A program made the translations under genes and the position numbers. DNA of 64,000 bases from an uncultured Gemmataceae bacterium (GTDB lineage Bacteria; Planctomycetota; Planctomycetia; Gemmatales; Gemmataceae): positions 160,001 through 224,000 of the forward strand of contig CAVVPN010000003.1 in NCBI GenBank assembly GCA_963750165.1, given 5' to 3'. Position 1 is the stretch's first letter, and each line of letters starts with the position of its first letter. A model generated the notes under the pieces. It saw only the letters and a list, made by a program, of their open reading frames with translations. It searched no databases and was not told the DNA's origin. Of the stretch, positions 59,529 to 64,000 are shown in pieces.

Positions 59529-61355
59529 TCAATCACGTCCCCCCTGGAGCAGCCGCGCCAGCGGCAGCCGATAGCACGTCGTGTTGCCGTTGCCCGTGAA
59601 CAGCTCCCGCCCGTCCGGCGCGAACGCCAGCGCCCGCACCTGCGTGTCCAGCTCGCGCACCGCCACCTCGGCGCCCGTGGCCGCGTCCCACAGCCGCACC
59701 GTCCGGTCCTCACCGCCGGACGCCAGCCATTTGCCGTCCGGGCTGAACGCCACGCACAGCACCTGACCGTCGTGCCCCGTCAGCTCGCAGAGCAATTCCT
59801 GCGTCCGCACGTCCCACACGCTGATCGACTCCAGCAGCGATGTGCTCGCCAACCGGTCGCCCGTCGGATCGAAGGCCACCGAGGTGGTGCCGCCCAGGAA
59901 CGTCGCCACCTCGCAGCGCTCCGCCAGGTCCCACAGGCTGATGGCTCCATCCGAGCCGCCCGTCGCCAGCCAGTCGATGCCGCCGACCGCCAGCAGCCGG
60001 CCCGCCGGATGGAACGCCAGCGCCTCGACCGTGCAGCCTTGCAGCGGGTCCGGGATAATCAGCATCGGTTCGCCGTCGCCCACGCGCCACAGCCACACCT
60101 CCATCGCCGACGCGCTCGCCGAGGCCAGCGCCCGGCCGTCCGGGCTGAACGCCAGGACCGTGCTCGGCTCCTCCGGGCCCTCCAGCGTCCAGTGCGGCCG
60201 GCCGGTGGCGGCTTCCCACAACTGCACGTGCGTGTCGGCACCGCCGGCCACCCAGCGGCCGTCCGGACTGAACGCCAGCGCATGGATCGGCTCCTCGTCC
60301 GGCAGCGCCACCAGCGCTTTCGCCTGGGCCACGTCCCAGACCTGCGCGGCGCTGCCGCCGTGGTTCAGCGCCAGCCGCCGGCCGTCGGCGCTCAGCGCCA
60401 CCGCCGGCCGCGTCTGCCGCCGACGGGTGCCGGCCGACAGCGACACGCCGACCACCGGATCCCACAGCCGAATGATGCGGTCGCCGCCGCCGCACGCCAG
60501 CCGCCGATTGTCCGGGCTGAACGCCAGGCAGCGCGCCTCCACGTCCGCGCCGCGCAGCACGTATCGGCAGCGCCGCGTCGGCAGGTCCCAGATGTGGACC
60601 GCGTTGGCCGAGTCGGCGCAGGCCAGCAGGGCGCCGTCGTGGCTCAGCGCCAGGCAGTAGACCTGCTGGGCGTGGCTGTTGAGCAGGATGACCGGCGCGC
60701 CGCTGGCGGTGTCCCACAGTCGGGCGGTGGTGTCCCAGCCGGCGGAGATCAGATGGCGGTTGTCTGGCAGCCACACCAGCGCCGGGATACGGTCGGTATG
60801 ACCGGTCAGGGTCATCACGTACCGGCCATCGGCCAGGTCCCAGACGTGGATGATCCGGTCCTCACCGGCAGCGGCCAGCAGGCGGCCGTCCGGGCTGACA
60901 GCGACGGCGCTGACCTCGCGGTCGTGCCGGCAGAACTCGTGCAACAGTTGATGGCCGGACACGTCCCAGAAGCGCACCGCCCCGTCGTCGTGGCCGGTGG
61001 CTACCAGGGTCGGGTCCGGGGCGAACGCCAGGGCCGTCACCCAGGCGGGCTGCGGCAGCACCGTCAGCAGGTGGCCCGAGGCCGGGTCCCAGATCGACAG
61101 GTCGTTGCTCGCCGAGGCCAGCACACGGGCGTTGTCGCTGAAGCACCACAGCGACTCCAGATCGCTGGCCTGGTGCCAGGACAGCGCCTGACCGGTGACC
61201 GCGTGCCACTGCCGCACCACCCCGGGCTCCTCCACCGACCACAGCGACCCGTCCGCGGCGAACGCCAGGGCCACCAGTTCGCCATCGGTCTGCAATTGCG
61301 GGTCGCCGTAGACCACGGCGTCGGGCACGACACGTGATATCAGGGTGGGGGTCAT
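59529..61355 (-). CDS. WD40 repeat protein
   Basis: Many AFSPDG / GH...WD repeats, enough for about two propellers. Confidence 0.93.
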   Translation of the reverse strand: MTPTLISRVVPDAVVYGDPQLQTDGELVALAFAADGSLWSVEEPGVVRQWHAVTGQALSWHQASDLESLWCFSDNARVLASASNDLSIWDPASGHLLTVLPQPAWVTALAFAPDPTLVATGHDDGAVRFWDVSGHQLLHEFCRHDREVSAVAVSPDGRLLAAAGEDRIIHVWDLADGRYVMTLTGHTDRIPALVWLPDNRHLISAGWDTTARLWDTASGAPVILLNSHAQQVYCLALSHDGALLACADSANAVHIWDLPTRRCRYVLRGADVEARCLAFSPDNRRLACGGGDRIIRLWDPVVGVSLSAGTRRRQTRPAVALSADGRRLALNHGGSAAQVWDVAQAKALVALPDEEPIHALAFSPDGRWVAGGADTHVQLWEAATGRPHWTLEGPEEPSTVLAFSPDGRALASASASAMEVWLWRVGDGEPMLIIPDPLQGCTVEALAFHPAGRLLAVGGIDWLATGGSDGAISLWDLAERCEVATFLGGTTSVAFDPTGDRLASTSLLESISVWDVRTQELLCELTGHDGQVLCVAFSPDGKWLASGGEDRTVRLWDAATGAEVAVRELDTQVRALAFAPDGRELFTGNGNTTCYRLPLARLLQGGRD

Positions 61356-61594
61356 GGTTGTTCTCACGGACCTGCGGCGCGGAGCGTCGCCGCGACCATT
61401 GCGGTTGACGGGAAAGTTTACCACAATTTCAGTAAAGGATAGTCCGGGACGCCGCCGGACGGGGAAAAATCCGCAGATCCTGCGCTGCCCCGCTCGGAAA
61501 AAAAGGGGCGAGCGGCGCGGCGTCAGCCCGCCGGTGCTGCAAAGTACCGGCGGCCTGACGCCGCGCCGCTCGCCTGGAGCGCGGGGTACGACCC

Positions 61595-64000
61595 CTACCG
61601 CGACGGAGCGTCGGTGTCGAACTGCTTGCTGACGTTGGGGTTGAGGATCTTGCGGTTGTAGCTCTCGCCCAGGCCCTCCAGGAAGGTCACGCGAAAGTCC
61701 TTGGCCAGCTCCATCTGGCAGTATTCCACGAACCGATCCATGTTGGTCGCGCCCATCCAGCTGGCCATGAAGGACTCGGGCCGCGGATTGTCCTGCAGTC
61801 GCCGGGCCAGCTGGGCGAACTGGATTTGCCGGTGCAACTCGGCACTGGTGTTCGGGGCCGCGAGGATGTAAAAGATGGTCTGCGGCTTGTTGGCGATCAC
61901 CTGCAGTACGTGGCCAGTGCCGCGCTTGTTGAACAGCTCCTTGTTCAGCTCGTCCAGCCACGGAATGGCGGGCGCGTTCTTCTCGCCGTACTTCTCCTTG
62001 CCCCGGGCCGTGCTGAGCGGCTCCTTCAGGTGGGCCATCGCCAGGACGCTATCCCGCGTGTCTTTGCGCGGGAACTCGATGCGGTGCCGTGGCAGTTCGT
62101 AGGGCACGTAATCAATGGTTACCCCGAGCGGGTTGTTCACGTTGCGGATCTCGTGCCGCTCCAGCATCGCCACCTTGGGGAACTGAATCGGCGGCTGATC
62201 GACCTTCTTGCCCTCGCGGTCCAGCGCTCCCTCGAAGCTCCGGCCAGCTGTCTCGGCCGCGCAGCGCGGCGGTCATCGCCTTGAGGTTCTCGGCCACCTT
62301 CTTGCGGGCCTCCTGCCGCTTCCACGCCTTGATCACCTCGGGGCGGAGTTCCGGCGTCAGGGTGGTCGGCGTCTGCTCCGCCTGTTCGCTGATCTTCCAG
62401 AACAGCATGGGCCGTTCAGCCTTGCGGAACAGATCCACGCGCTTTTCCGTCTCGCCGGGCTTCAGCGTTTCAAACGCCTGCCGTTTCGCCGTGATGCGCG
62501 GCGGCCACTCGCGCGGGATGTACGGGGCCACGTTGCCGACCGAGAACGCCTCATCAGCGAAGAACAGTTTGTAGAAATCAACGTCGCGCAGCTGGCGTGG
62601 CGTGCCGGCGCGGCCCTCGGTCAGATTGATGGTGTCCAGGCTCCTGTCGAACTCGTCGCGCAGCGGCAGCAGGGCCGGCACCTTGGTGGCCTGATACTGG
62701 TCGAACAACAAGGTCGTCTTGTAGTCCAGCGGGTACTTCAGCACCAGCGCCGGGACCACATCGCGGTTGAACTTGAAGTTGTCGCCCTTGACGGTCGGGT
62801 CCGTCAGCTGCTTCTCGACGGCCAGCATGGTGTTGGTGATCCACTTCTGGGCCAGCTTCTTCACAATCTGGTCCTGGATCAGCCGCTCCCGCACGGGGCC
62901 GGTCAGGGCCACGCGCCGCAGGGGCTGACCGGGCTGGCCAGGCATCGGGTGAGTGGTAACTTCCCCCTGCACGGAATAGACCATCGTGGCTTTGGGATCG
63001 ACCAGACCGCTCAGGCCGTTGGGCAGAGGGCCGGTGGTCGGAGCGCTCAGGCCCACCAGGCGAGCCGTCAGCTCCGCCCGCCCCTGCTCTTCCTTCTTCA
63101 GGACCGGCGCCCACTGCTTCTCCAGGCCCGAGATGACGTCGTCGAAGTAGGCCCGCTTCATGAACTGCCCGGCCGGCATCGGCCCGAGCGTCGATATGCC
63201 CCCGGCCACCCCCACGATGCTCGCCACGGTGGTCGGCTTGAGCTTCGGCTGCTCCTTGCCCAGGTCCGGGTAGGTCCCGAACGGATTGTTGAGCAGCTTG
63301 TTTTTGAACGCCAGCATGGCCAGAGCCTCGCGGTCGCTCACGGCCGGCAGGAAGAAATACAGGCGGTAACGGGCGTCCGTGAAGTTCACGCCTTTACTGG
63401 CCTCCGTCTTGCGATGGCCCTGGAACGTCCAGTTCTGGAAATAGTAGCGCTCCCAGCCGGGCCGGCCGGGCTTGCTCAGGTTCTCCAGGTCGCGCTGCAG
63501 CGACGTGTCGAAGGCTTCGGTGCGCAGGTCGCGTCCCAGGCGGGTGTAGGCGAGCGCCAGCACTGGCTGGCCGAGCGTGAGCGTCGGCACCGGTGCCGCC
63601 ATCAGGGCGGTGACCGCCTCGGCGCTGCGCTGGAACGCCGGCTCCTTCGGCATCAGCACGCCCACCTGGATTTTCTTGGGCATCGTGAAGCCGGGCTGCT
63701 CCGAATTGGGATCGTACTTCTTCTTGGCGTGCGCCTTGAAGAACGCCTGCACCTGGGCCTCGGTCGGCTCGGGGACGGATTTGGCCAGGGCGTCGAGCGC
63801 CACCGGCAGCACGTCAAGGGTTGCCTCGCTGCGGGTTTTAACGTGGTAGGCGAACAGCTGCTCGGGTGTCAGCGGGAAGCGGGTCTGCTTGGGGAAGGAG
63901 TCGAGCAGCAACTTGTCTGGGTTGCGCTGGCCGAACATCAGGAGGGCGGTGCGGCACTCCAGGCCGGCCAGCTTGGCGATCTGCACGCGGAATTCATCGG
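61595..64000 (-). CDS. Large hypothetical protein (5' end outside window), frameshift at ~62258
   Basis: Frame of 62112..63986 continues into AETAGRSFEGALDREGKK...VAMLER in the frame of 61595..62173; PEPTEAQVQAFF resembles SurA/PpiD-type helical segments. Confidence 0.7.

Overview
High-GC bacterial window that looks like Planctomycetota, probably Gemmataceae-like, given TIGR03067, DUF1501, DUF4058, Uma2, a PVC-type CxxCH protein and eukaryotic-like Ser/Thr kinases. It holds about 50 genes. Housekeeping and metabolic genes include argG, rph, apgM, glpD, a copper amine oxidase, moaD, an FAD/Fe-S oxidoreductase, an ABC transporter and a PPIase. A four-gene phosphorelay runs from a globin-coupled histidine kinase to an ANTAR RNA-binding regulator. 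Other contents are an IS element with two relics, a c-di-GMP-I riboswitch ahead of a lone Flp pilin, two solo integron-type cassettes with no integrase in the window, an orphan Pycsar-type membrane effector and many short palindromic repeat families. The most unusual signals are four. (1) A consensus TTGACA/TATAAT promoter appears to drive only a ~65-nt G.U-rich hairpin RNA (17124-17189). (2) All three copies of the IS family sit at terminator T-tracts. (3) Palindromes built of tandem 7-9-mers overlap the stop codons of five genes. (4) The globin-to-ANTAR relay links gas sensing to RNA antitermination. Several single-base frameshifts in otherwise intact genes suggest assembly indel errors. All family calls come from motif recognition by eye; no database searches were run.
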